DNA of 64,000 nucleotides, taken from the NCBI GenBank assembly GCA_963809665.1, contig CAWEKC010000004.1:37172-101171 (forward strand), read 5' to 3'. This document shows, in pieces, positions 46,832 to 55,520 of this stretch. Under the pieces are notes generated by a model. That model made no database searches and was not told where the DNA came from. It saw only the letters and a program-made list of their open reading frames with translations. Numbering within the stretch: the first letter of the stretch is position 1; every line of letters begins with the position of its first letter. Origin of the DNA: Candidatus Gottesmanbacteria bacterium (GTDB taxonomy: Bacteria; Patescibacteriota; Microgenomatia; UBA10105; UBA927). The translations under genes and the position numbers were made by a program.

Positions 46832-47406
46832 CATCGTCTGCAGCGCGGTTGATACGTATCTAACTCCCCGACGAGAGACGGGTCCGCCATATGAGGGTTA
46901 ACGGTCTTTCCCCTGATGATTCTCTTGTGATAGACCGCTTCTTCGCCGCACCGGGCACAGACCGCCGAAAGTTTGGTCACTTTATCCGCCATGCTCATTA
47001 AGGCCGGAATCGGGGCGAAGGGTTCACGGTCGTAGGTAAGAGCGAGTCCTGCAACCAGCACCTTTTTTCCTTTTTTAAGAAGCGTTTCTATGACCGGTAT
47101 TAAATCCGTCCCGAACCATTGGGCTTCATCTATTGCGACAATTTCGGTCTTCGGGTGAACATGCCTCAAAATTGCACGCGCAGATGAAACAACATCTGAT
47201 TCAAACGTTAATCCTGCGTGAGAAAATAATTTTTTATCTCGCCCGTAGCGCGTGTCGATTGCATGCTTAAACACCTGAATCTTTTTCCTGGCAATGGCCC
47301 CGCGCCGCACCTGGCGGATGAGTTCTTCGGTTTTGCCGCAGAACATAGGTCCGGCAATGACTTCTAAATACCCGTTTTGTTTTTTCATTCGGTTTATTTT
47401 AACCAT
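46816..47406 (-). CDS. tdk: thymidine kinase
   Basis: A P-loop (GPMFCGKT) and the C-terminal zinc ribbon CARCG...CRRC. Confidence 0.85.
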   Translation of the reverse strand: MVKINRMKKQNGYLEVIAGPMFCGKTEELIRQVRRGAIARKKIQVFKHAIDTRYGRDKKLFSHAGLTFESDVVSSARAILRHVHPKTEIVAIDEAQWFGTDLIPVIETLLKKGKKVLVAGLALTYDREPFAPIPALMSMADKVTKLSAVCARCGEEAVYHKRIIRGKTVNPHMADPSLVGELDTYQPRCRRCYFLT

Positions 47407-47427
47407 TTTTGATACAGTTATACATAA

Positions 47428-47721
47428 TTGACGGTATCTATTTTCGGGTTTATTATGGACTTACGTATGGCAGAGGATATCAATGAATCCGTTTCGGTTA
47501 CGTTGTGGAGCAATCATACCACAAACAAAATTTTACCATATAGCCTGTATTGGCACGGCCGGCGCTACCAGATAACGACAGTCGGACTTCATCATACCGT
47601 CCGTGAAGGAAGAGTCCTCTGCCACATATTTTCAGTAACCGACGGAGCGACATTTTTTAAATTAAAATTCGATACGGAAACACTCTTGTGGAAACTGCTG
47701 GAGGTGGAACATGGAGTTTAA
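47428..47721 (+). CDS. hypothetical small protein translationally coupled to dinB
   Basis: A 97-aa ORF whose 3' end overlaps the dinB start by 11 nt. Confidence 0.45.
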   Translation: MTVSIFGFIMDLRMAEDINESVSVTLWSNHTTNKILPYSLYWHGRRYQITTVGLHHTVREGRVLCHIFSVTDGATFFKLKFDTETLLWKLLEVEHGV

Positions 47722-48916
47722 TCCCGCCGCCGCCACCGTCATGCACATAGATCTTAACTCCTGCTTCGCCACGATCGAGCAGCAGGCAAACCCCCTTTTC
47801 AGGGGACACCCGTTGGTCGTGGCCGCGTATACCACCGACCGGGGATGCATACTGGCCGCGTCTGTCGAGGCAAAACGGTTGGGGATTTCTACGGGAATGC
47901 GCGTGGGGGAAGGGAAACACCTGTATCCCCGGCTTATTGTCCGACCGAGTGATCCGCCGAAATACCGCTTTGTGAACCGGAAGTTGCTTGTACTGCTTCA
48001 GGAGTACAGTGAGCGGGTTGAGGTAAAATCAATCGATGAGATGGTTATACAATTATCGGGTATCAGGAATCCGACGGCTATTGCAAAAGAAATAAAACAG
48101 AAAATAAAAAGTGAGATTGGCGAGTGGCTGACGGTCTCTATCGGCATTTCCACCAACCGGTATCTGGCAAAAATAGCCTCAAATCTGCATAAACCCGACG
48201 GACTGGACGTTATCGACGCCGCGAATATCGGGCACACGCTGGGCTCGCTGCAGCTCGAGGAATTAACCGGCATTAAAGAGGGCTACGGCACCAGACTGCG
48301 CCGGCACGGCATCTATTCGCCTCTTGCCATGTATAGAGCTTCCAGTGAGGTTCTAGTGACTGCATTCGGGTCAAAAATAGGGCGCGACTGGTCCCTCATG
48401 CTCCACGGCTGGGAATCGGATCTGTATGACCGCGATACCACGAAAACCATCGGCCATTCGTACGCTCTTCCAAAGGGCTACCTCACGTCCGACGTCCGTT
48501 TGCATCAAATTTTGTCCCAACTGGTGGAAAAAATGGGCAGGCGCGTGCGGGAAGGTCACTACAGTGCAGGAGGAATCCGCGTTGCGGCCGTTTTTGGCGA
48601 TCACACCTACTGGAATCACGGGGAAAAACTGGACCAAGCGATATTTGCAAGCCGGGATTTATACTATGCTGCGCTCACTCTATTAAATAAAGCGCCGGAA
48701 AAATCCGTAAAACTGCTCGCGGTCTCCGCCTATTTTTTATCGGATCAAAATCAGGAACAACTGGAGTTGTTTGAAAAAACCAACCGGAAACGTGCGCTGG
48801 CGGCTGCGCTGGACGCGATAGCCGACCGCTGGGGGGAGTTCACCGTAACCCCTGCACGGATGCTTGCTATGGAACACAGGGTGCTTGACAGGATTGCATT
48901 CGGTGGGGTACGCTAA
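47711..48916 (+). CDS. dinB: DNA polymerase IV (Y-family)
   Basis: Palm and finger motifs (MHIDLNSCFATIEQ, SIDE), 401 aa. Confidence 0.9.
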   Translation: MEFNPAAATVMHIDLNSCFATIEQQANPLFRGHPLVVAAYTTDRGCILAASVEAKRLGISTGMRVGEGKHLYPRLIVRPSDPPKYRFVNRKLLVLLQEYSERVEVKSIDEMVIQLSGIRNPTAIAKEIKQKIKSEIGEWLTVSIGISTNRYLAKIASNLHKPDGLDVIDAANIGHTLGSLQLEELTGIKEGYGTRLRRHGIYSPLAMYRASSEVLVTAFGSKIGRDWSLMLHGWESDLYDRDTTKTIGHSYALPKGYLTSDVRLHQILSQLVEKMGRRVREGHYSAGGIRVAAVFGDHTYWNHGEKLDQAIFASRDLYYAALTLLNKAPEKSVKLLAVSAYFLSDQNQEQLELFEKTNRKRALAAALDAIADRWGEFTVTPARMLAMEHRVLDRIAFGGVR

Positions 48917-48924
48917 ATAGCATT

Positions 48925-49046
48925 ACAAAAAATCAAGAGTGACGGGGAGAGATCTCACTCGATAATCCGTCCAGCAACCGATTCCGACTGAAGCGTCGAG
49001 AACACGGTGCTCCAATGAGTCCCGGTGTTTCAACCGGGAGATTAGC
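48925..49046 (+). promoter_or_regulatory. putative SAM-I (S-box) riboswitch in the metK leader
   Basis: AUCAAGAG...GGGGAGAG...CGAUAAUCCG..CAGCAACC...GGUGCUCCAAU..., a perfect CCCGGU-GUUUCA-ACCGGG hairpin (P4-like), then GAUUAG able to pair with the 5' AAAAUC (P1). It sits immediately upstream of the GGAGGG Shine-Dalgarno sequence of metK. Confidence 0.5.
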
Positions 49047-49063
49047 CCGAGGGAGGGAAACAT

Positions 49064-50173
49064 ATGATTACCTATTTCACTTCTGAATCAGTGGCAGCCG
49101 GACATCCAGATAAAATTTGCGACCAGATTTCCGATGCAGTGCTTGACGCGGCCCTATCGGCAGATTCCATGTCGCGCGTGGCCGTTGAAACGCTTGTGAC
49201 CGTCAACCGTGTGGTTATGGCAGGGGAAGTCACGTGCCCAAAAAAACTCGATTACGAATCGATTGCGCGCGACGTAATAAAATCATTGGGGTATACACGC
49301 GCAATCTATAAGTTTACTGACAAATCACCGGTTTCCGTTTATATCCACGAGCAGTCACCGGATATCGCCGCAGGCGTGAACGATGGCGGAGCAGGCGACC
49401 AGGGGATGATGTTCGGGTACGCAACGCGTGAAACCAAAGAATATATGCCGTTACCCATAATTCTGGCACACCGGTTGGTCGCCCGCATGGACGATGCGCG
49501 GGAGACGGGCACGCTTCCGTTCCTCCGGCCCGACGGGAAATCAGAGGTCAAAATACTCTATGAAAACGGCAAACCCACATCCGTAGAAAGTGTTGTTATA
49601 GCGGTACCGCACGATCCGGAAATAAATAATGAGATTTTAACAACCGCTCTTATAGCAAACATCATTACACCGGTTTTGTCCGAATATCATTGTAAAACAC
49701 CGCCGCGGACACGCATCATTATAAACGGAAGTCGCGGAAGGTGGGAGATCGGCGGGCCGGCATCTGATACCGGTGTTACGGGCCGGAAAATTATTGTTGA
49801 TACATACGGTGCATTCGCCCGGCACGGAGGCGGAGCGTTCAGCGGTAAGGATCCCACAAAAGTTGACCGGAGCGGCGCGTACGCCTGCCGGTACATTGCC
49901 AAAAATATCGTTGCTGCAGGCCTGGCTACACGGGCCGAAGTGCGTGTTGCGTATGTTATCGGGCAACGTAATCCTATCGACCGTGACATAGAAACATTCG
50001 GCACAGAAAAGAATAAACTGTCCGTCATCGAAGATTTCGCTTGGAAGCTTCTCGATATGTCCGTGTCCGGTATAGTAAACGGGCTCAACCTACGGCGACC
50101 CATATACAGGGAAACGGCGCGCTATGGCCATTTCGGGCGTGATAGCTTCCCGTGGGAAACGGTGGTAGAATAG
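49064..50173 (+). CDS. metK: S-adenosylmethionine synthetase
   Basis: 369 aa with MetK motifs (GHPDKICDQISD, GGGAFSGKD). Confidence 0.95.
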   Translation: MITYFTSESVAAGHPDKICDQISDAVLDAALSADSMSRVAVETLVTVNRVVMAGEVTCPKKLDYESIARDVIKSLGYTRAIYKFTDKSPVSVYIHEQSPDIAAGVNDGGAGDQGMMFGYATRETKEYMPLPIILAHRLVARMDDARETGTLPFLRPDGKSEVKILYENGKPTSVESVVIAVPHDPEINNEILTTALIANIITPVLSEYHCKTPPRTRIIINGSRGRWEIGGPASDTGVTGRKIIVDTYGAFARHGGGAFSGKDPTKVDRSGAYACRYIAKNIVAAGLATRAEVRVAYVIGQRNPIDRDIETFGTEKNKLSVIEDFAWKLLDMSVSGIVNGLNLRRPIYRETARYGHFGRDSFPWETVVE

Positions 50174-50178
50174 CCTGG

Positions 50179-51360
50179 ATGAGAGATGAGCGGCCGCTGG
50201 CGGACCTACTTCGTCCCACAAGGCTCGACGATGTCATCGGGCAGGAACACCTCGTGGGAAAAACCGGTATCATCCGCAAACTCCTTGAAACCGGATACCT
50301 GCCTTCCATGATTTTTTGGGGTCCTCCGGGTTGCGGCAAAACAACACTTGCGCAGCTTTTGGCAACGTTAACGAACAGTTTCTTCGAATCCCATTCCGCA
50401 GTCACATCAACCCTGGCCGATGTACGGCGCGTCATTAAAGAATCTATCCAGCGGAGAGAAGCTACCGGCGTACGGACCATTTTGTTTTTGGATGAAATTC
50501 ACCGGTTTAACAAGGCTCAGCAGGATGCATTACTTCCGGCCGTCGAACACGGAACGGTCATTTTTATCGGCGCTACCACTGAAAATCCGTCATTTGAAGT
50601 TATCTCGCCGCTTTTGTCCCGCTGCCGCGTCCTTGTTTTAAAACCACTGACGGATAATGAACTTACGCTCATTGCGGACCGTGGACTGACATACCTGAAA
50701 AAAACCATTACTAAAGAAGGCAGGGAATTTTTACTGGAAGTTGCCAATGCCGACGCGCGGGCACTGCTCACCGTTTTGGAAATCGCCGCGAGCCTTTCCA
50801 AAAAGAAGGAACTCTCCGCTGCCGACATAGAGGAATCCGCCCAGCGAAAAATGCTTCAGTACGACCAGGTCGGCGATGAACACTACAATACGATTTCCGC
50901 TTTCATTAAAAGTATGCGTGCCAGCGATACCGACGCGGCATTGTATTATCTTGCGCGTATGGTGGCGGCGGGTGAAGATCCCTTGTTTATCGCGCGCAGA
51001 ATGGTGGTGTTTGCGTCGGAAGATATCGGGGTTGCCCAGCCCACTGCTCTGGTTGTTGCCAATACGGTATTTGATGCATGCAATAAAATCGGGTATCCGG
51101 AATGCCAGGAAAATCTGGCCCACGGCGTCGTGTATTTATGTTTGGCCAAAAAAGACCGGAGCGCGTATAACGCATATATGGCGGCACTTGAAGATGTCAA
51201 CAGATACGGTAATTTGCCGATCCCGCTGGTGATCCGCAACGCCCCGACAAAACTTATGAAGGGATTGGGGTACGGGAAAGGGTATGATAAATACACCAAA
51301 GAAAGTTTGCTGCCGGCTACATTAAAAGGAAAACGGTATTTTAGGAAAGGCGGTGAATAA
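50179..51360 (+). CDS. rarA: replication-associated recombination protein A (AAA+ ATPase)
   Basis: Walker A (GPPGCGKTTLA) and the MgsA C-terminal domain. I take the start at the ATG after the metK stop. Confidence 0.85.
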   Translation: MRDERPLADLLRPTRLDDVIGQEHLVGKTGIIRKLLETGYLPSMIFWGPPGCGKTTLAQLLATLTNSFFESHSAVTSTLADVRRVIKESIQRREATGVRTILFLDEIHRFNKAQQDALLPAVEHGTVIFIGATTENPSFEVISPLLSRCRVLVLKPLTDNELTLIADRGLTYLKKTITKEGREFLLEVANADARALLTVLEIAASLSKKKELSAADIEESAQRKMLQYDQVGDEHYNTISAFIKSMRASDTDAALYYLARMVAAGEDPLFIARRMVVFASEDIGVAQPTALVVANTVFDACNKIGYPECQENLAHGVVYLCLAKKDRSAYNAYMAALEDVNRYGNLPIPLVIRNAPTKLMKGLGYGKGYDKYTKESLLPATLKGKRYFRKGGE

Positions 51361-51362
51361 CA

Positions 51363-51620
51363 ATGGACATTCAGATTGCCAAAATCACGCATTACTACGA
51401 TAAAATCGGGGTCGCGGTTATTGAGGTCATCAAGCAGCCGTTAAAAGTCGGTGACGTCATAAAAATTTCCGGTCATGATAATGAGTTCAATCAAACGGTC
51501 TCATCTCTTCAGGTTGAACACGCGCAGGTTAAGGAAATCACCGCCGGAGAATCGGGGGCGCTCAAAACGGATAAACCGGTGAAGGAAGGTGACGTGATAT
51601 ACTTAGTGACGAAAAAATGA
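51363..51620 (+). CDS. hypothetical small beta-rich protein
   Basis: An 85-aa ORF tightly packed between rarA and the NUDIX gene. Confidence 0.45.
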   Translation: MDIQIAKITHYYDKIGVAVIEVIKQPLKVGDVIKISGHDNEFNQTVSSLQVEHAQVKEITAGESGALKTDKPVKEGDVIYLVTKK

Positions 51621-52048
51621 AAACGGAAATGTCCGCCGGCGGCATTGTTGTCCGGAAACGTCAGGAGGCGTGGCAGGTAGTAGTGGTGCAGGACATGAAT
51701 GATGCGTGGACGTTTCCTAAAGGAAAAATCTATGCGGGAGAGGAACCCGAGCAGGCCGCCAGGAGGGAAATTCTTGAAGAGGTAGGGCTTCGTGACATCC
51801 GCATGCACACGACGCTGCCTGTTATCCAGTATATATACCAAAAAAACGGGCGTATCAGCAAAACCGTTCAGTACTATATTTTTGAATCAAGCGGGGATGA
51901 ACCGCTCGTCAGCCAAACGGAAGAAGGCATCCATAACGCAACATGGATGCAACTGGAAAAAGCTATTAAAATCATCGGCTATCCGAAAACGAATCTGTCT
52001 TTATTACTCAAAGTAAAACAATGGACATTACACCGGCACCGGACATAA
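51617..52048 (+). CDS. NUDIX hydrolase
   Basis: A Nudix box (GKIYAGEEPEQAARREILEEVG). Confidence 0.85.
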   Translation: MKTEMSAGGIVVRKRQEAWQVVVVQDMNDAWTFPKGKIYAGEEPEQAARREILEEVGLRDIRMHTTLPVIQYIYQKNGRISKTVQYYIFESSGDEPLVSQTEEGIHNATWMQLEKAIKIIGYPKTNLSLLLKVKQWTLHRHRT

Positions 52049-52401
52049 AAAAAATCGTCAACACAGTTGTTCCGAAGTTACCGTTTTCCGCGTATGTGAA
52101 CCCAAAACGGATTGTCTGCATGCGGAGTTTCCATGCAACGAGCCGTGCGAGGGCCCGGATATGGAGCTTCCCGAAAATTTGGCAGATGGCGCTTAAACTC
52201 CCGCCGTATTACGTGATAGAAGTGTTATCCCACCATTTTGACCACCTCTCAGACGACGATAAAACGCGGGTTATCATCCATGAGCTCATGCACATCCCGA
52301 AAAATTTCTCCGGCGCTCTCGTTCCCCACAGGGGACTGCACAAACGCATCAATACCGGGACGGTTGAGACGCTATTCCGCCTCTATAAGGAAAATATATG
52401 A
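52021..52401 (+). CDS. HExxH-motif putative zinc metallopeptidase (SprT/DUF45-like)
   Basis: 126 aa with IIHELMHI. Overlaps both neighbouring genes. Confidence 0.45.
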   Translation: MDITPAPDIKKIVNTVVPKLPFSAYVNPKRIVCMRSFHATSRARARIWSFPKIWQMALKLPPYYVIEVLSHHFDHLSDDDKTRVIIHELMHIPKNFSGALVPHRGLHKRINTGTVETLFRLYKENI

Positions 52402-53078
52402 TTACGCTTCTCCACGGCAGCTATAGCGAATTATCCCGTAAGGAATTCATGCGTCTAAAGGGTGAGGCAAAGGCCAAAGACATACGCGAGTTGGACGGCC
52501 GCACTATTGACGCTGCCGCTTTGACGCAGGCTATCGAGTCTAACTCGATGTTCGGCGGCGACACGATCGTATTCATCGAAAAACTTTTCGGTAAGCTCGG
52601 AAGGAAGCAAAAACTTATCGAGTCGCTAACCGCGATCATCAATGGAAGCCGCGCCGACATCGTTCTGTGGGAAGACAAGGAGATGGGTGTCACGGTGCTG
52701 AAAAATTTACCTCAAGCAAAAATTATATTGTTCAAAATCCCCTCCGTCATTTTCCAAATGTTAGACGGAATGGCCCCCGGGTCGGGCACCCGTATCCTGC
52801 CTCTTTACCGGACCATCCGTGAAACGGACGCTGCGGAACTTATTTTTGCCATGATCGTACGGAGAACGAGGCAATTGATACAACTATATGACGGTGTCAC
52901 GCCATCGGGTCTCGCGGGATGGCAACTAACCCGTTTGACAAGGCAGGCAAAGTTGTTTACGCTTGATACACTCCTGACTATGTATAAAACACTTCTAACA
53001 ATGGAGTTTTCCGTTAAAAACGGCTCGTCACCATTCACTATCAGCCAAGATATAGAACAATTTTTGCTGAACCTGTAA
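52398..53078 (+). CDS. holA: DNA polymerase III delta subunit-like protein
   Basis: 226 aa with a HolA-like N-terminus (LLHGSYSEL...) and a helical C-terminus. Weak call. Confidence 0.45.
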   Translation: MITLLHGSYSELSRKEFMRLKGEAKAKDIRELDGRTIDAAALTQAIESNSMFGGDTIVFIEKLFGKLGRKQKLIESLTAIINGSRADIVLWEDKEMGVTVLKNLPQAKIILFKIPSVIFQMLDGMAPGSGTRILPLYRTIRETDAAELIFAMIVRRTRQLIQLYDGVTPSGLAGWQLTRLTRQAKLFTLDTLLTMYKTLLTMEFSVKNGSSPFTISQDIEQFLLNL

Positions 53079-53083
53079 AACGT

Positions 53084-54439
53084 ATGGATCTTTCCATTTT
53101 TAAGGACTACGACATCCGCGGCACGTATCCTGCGCAAATTAACGGTGATATAGCCTCATCAGTCGCGTATGCGATCGTACGGAAATTCTCCCCGAAATCG
53201 GTGTGCATCTGCCGCGATATGCGGCTCTCGGGAGACGAAATATTTTCCGGACTTTCACGGGTATTTACCGACGCTGGAATTGACGTGTTCGATGCAGGAC
53301 TTACCGGTACCGAAGTTGCATATTACATTGCGGGGACAAAACCATACGACATGGTCATTATGATTTCTGCATCCCACAACCCGCCGGAATATAACGGGTT
53401 TAAGGTGGTTCTCCGGGGACCGGTCGCCGTGACTAGCGACACGGGATTATACGAGGTGCGGGATCTGATCGCACAGGGACCGCTTCCGGCAGCTCCCACA
53501 AAAGGAAGCGTTCTACAGATTGATATCTGGAAAGAATGGAAAGAAAAAATTCTCTCATTGATTAACCTCCCGGCACTGAAACCTCTCAACGTTGTTGTTG
53601 ATGCCGGAAACGGTATGGCCGGCAAAATGGTGCCGATGATTTTTGACGGACTTCCGATGAAAATAACCCCGCTGTTTTTTGATCTAGACGGACGGTTTCC
53701 CAACCATACTCCCAATCCGCTGGTTGACAGTAATAATCAAAAGCTTATTGAAAAAATCCTGGAAATACACGCGGATATCGGGCTGACGTTTGATGGGGAC
53801 GCAGACCGGCTGTTTCTCGTCGACGACCGCGGTAGGATAGTCTCGGGAACGATCACAACCGCATTATTATCAAAATATATTCTTGCCAGTCACCCGGGTG
53901 AACTTATTTTGTATAACGCGATCTGCGGCAGGATTGTACCGAAAATAATTCAGGAGTGCGGCGGGAAATCAAAACGGGTCAGGGTCGGGCACAGTTATAT
54001 CAAACAGTATATGAAAGAAACCGGCGCGATTTTTGCCGGTGAACACTCGGGGCATTATTATCTACGCGATTATTTCCGTGCAGAGTCGGGGCAGGCCGTC
54101 GCGCTCATGGTGTTGGCACTCCTGGGCAGCCAGACAAAAAAATTATCCGAGCTTGTCGATGAATTGAATGTATATCCCGCCAGCGGAGAAATCAATTTTA
54201 TCGTATCCGATATACCCGCAGTGACTCAGTCAATCAAAACCGGATTCCCGGATGCGCAGTCGGTTGACGACCTGGACGGCGTCAGCGTATGGTACCCTCA
54301 GTATTGGTTCAACGTGCGGGCGAGTAAAACCGAACCGTTATTACGTCTGAATGTGGAGGCAGATACGCAGGAAATTCTTGACACAAAGACAAACGAATTG
54401 GTTACAAAAATTGAGTCATTAGGAGGGAAACGAAAATGA
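53084..54439 (+). CDS. phosphomannomutase/phosphoglucomutase (alpha-D-phosphohexomutase family)
   Basis: Active-site serine loop SASHNP, metal-binding loop DGDADR, and sugar loop GEHSGH. Confidence 0.9.
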   Translation: MDLSIFKDYDIRGTYPAQINGDIASSVAYAIVRKFSPKSVCICRDMRLSGDEIFSGLSRVFTDAGIDVFDAGLTGTEVAYYIAGTKPYDMVIMISASHNPPEYNGFKVVLRGPVAVTSDTGLYEVRDLIAQGPLPAAPTKGSVLQIDIWKEWKEKILSLINLPALKPLNVVVDAGNGMAGKMVPMIFDGLPMKITPLFFDLDGRFPNHTPNPLVDSNNQKLIEKILEIHADIGLTFDGDADRLFLVDDRGRIVSGTITTALLSKYILASHPGELILYNAICGRIVPKIIQECGGKSKRVRVGHSYIKQYMKETGAIFAGEHSGHYYLRDYFRAESGQAVALMVLALLGSQTKKLSELVDELNVYPASGEINFIVSDIPAVTQSIKTGFPDAQSVDDLDGVSVWYPQYWFNVRASKTEPLLRLNVEADTQEILDTKTNELVTKIESLGGKRK

Positions 54440-55482
54440 ATAATCTAGATGACGTTGCAGCGATGAAAAATGCGGATCCCGCAAACGTACTCGGCTCGAC
54501 GGCGCTGTTTCCGGAACAGTGTGCAGCGGCGTGGGAAGAAAGCCGCACGATTGTATTTCCCGATGAATATAAGAAGGTTAAAAATATCGTCGTGTGCGGT
54601 ATGGGAGGTTCCCGGTTTACACCGAAAACGATCGGCGCGTTATTCCGGAAATCTATTACTGTACCGTATGAAATTTGCGAGGATTATTCCGTGCCCGGTT
54701 ATGTTAACTCGGAATCTCTTGTCATACTATCGTCATATTCCGGAACAACAGAGGAAGTGCTTGCCGCGGGAGAAGATGCAAAAAAGAAAGGCGCAAAAAT
54801 TGCAGCAATCATGAGTAAAAAAATGGACGTTCCCGGGTATTACTTTGATCCGAAATTCAATCCATGCGGCCAGCCCAGAATCGGCGGCGGGTATCTGTTA
54901 TTAGGCCACCTCGGACTACTTACAGCGCTTGGATTTGTTTCAGTAAAGGATGATGTAGCTGCCGCTATTGCGTTTGCAAAGGAAACGGGGAAAAAATATG
55001 CACCGGAAATTCCAGAAAAAGACAATCCGGCCAAACAACTTGCCCGATTCCTGAAAGATAAACATCCGTTTATCATTACGGCAGAGTTCCTGAAGGGATT
55101 CGGCAACGGACTGGCCAACCAGATCAACGAAACCGCCAAGATGATCTCGGACTACAGGTACATTTCAGAACTCAACCATCATCTTCTGGAAGGACTGTCC
55201 CATCCGGATTCGATTCATCAAAACGGTGTATTTGTTTTCCTGCTTTCTCATTGCTACAGCGAGCCCATCCGGAAACGATTTGCCATAACCCGCGACGTTG
55301 TAGAAAAACAGCGAGTTGCGACGTACGACATAATCCTCTCCGGGCCGGATAAACTGTCTCAAACCCTGGAGGCGTTCACGCTTGGGGCGTTTACCACGTT
55401 TTATCTCGGTATGCTGTATGACTCCGACCCCGTCAAAATCCCGTGGGTCGACTACTTTAAATCCGAGCTTGCAAAGAAATAG
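54436..55482 (+). CDS. bifunctional phosphoglucose/phosphomannose isomerase (archaeal-type SIS-domain PGI/PMI)
   Basis: 348 aa with a double SIS-domain layout (VVCGMGGS...). Confidence 0.75.
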   Translation: MNNLDDVAAMKNADPANVLGSTALFPEQCAAAWEESRTIVFPDEYKKVKNIVVCGMGGSRFTPKTIGALFRKSITVPYEICEDYSVPGYVNSESLVILSSYSGTTEEVLAAGEDAKKKGAKIAAIMSKKMDVPGYYFDPKFNPCGQPRIGGGYLLLGHLGLLTALGFVSVKDDVAAAIAFAKETGKKYAPEIPEKDNPAKQLARFLKDKHPFIITAEFLKGFGNGLANQINETAKMISDYRYISELNHHLLEGLSHPDSIHQNGVFVFLLSHCYSEPIRKRFAITRDVVEKQRVATYDIILSGPDKLSQTLEAFTLGAFTTFYLGMLYDSDPVKIPWVDYFKSELAKK

Positions 55483-55520
55483 GTCTTGCGCGCCGGAAGA
55501 AAATTCCCCATACTAGATCT

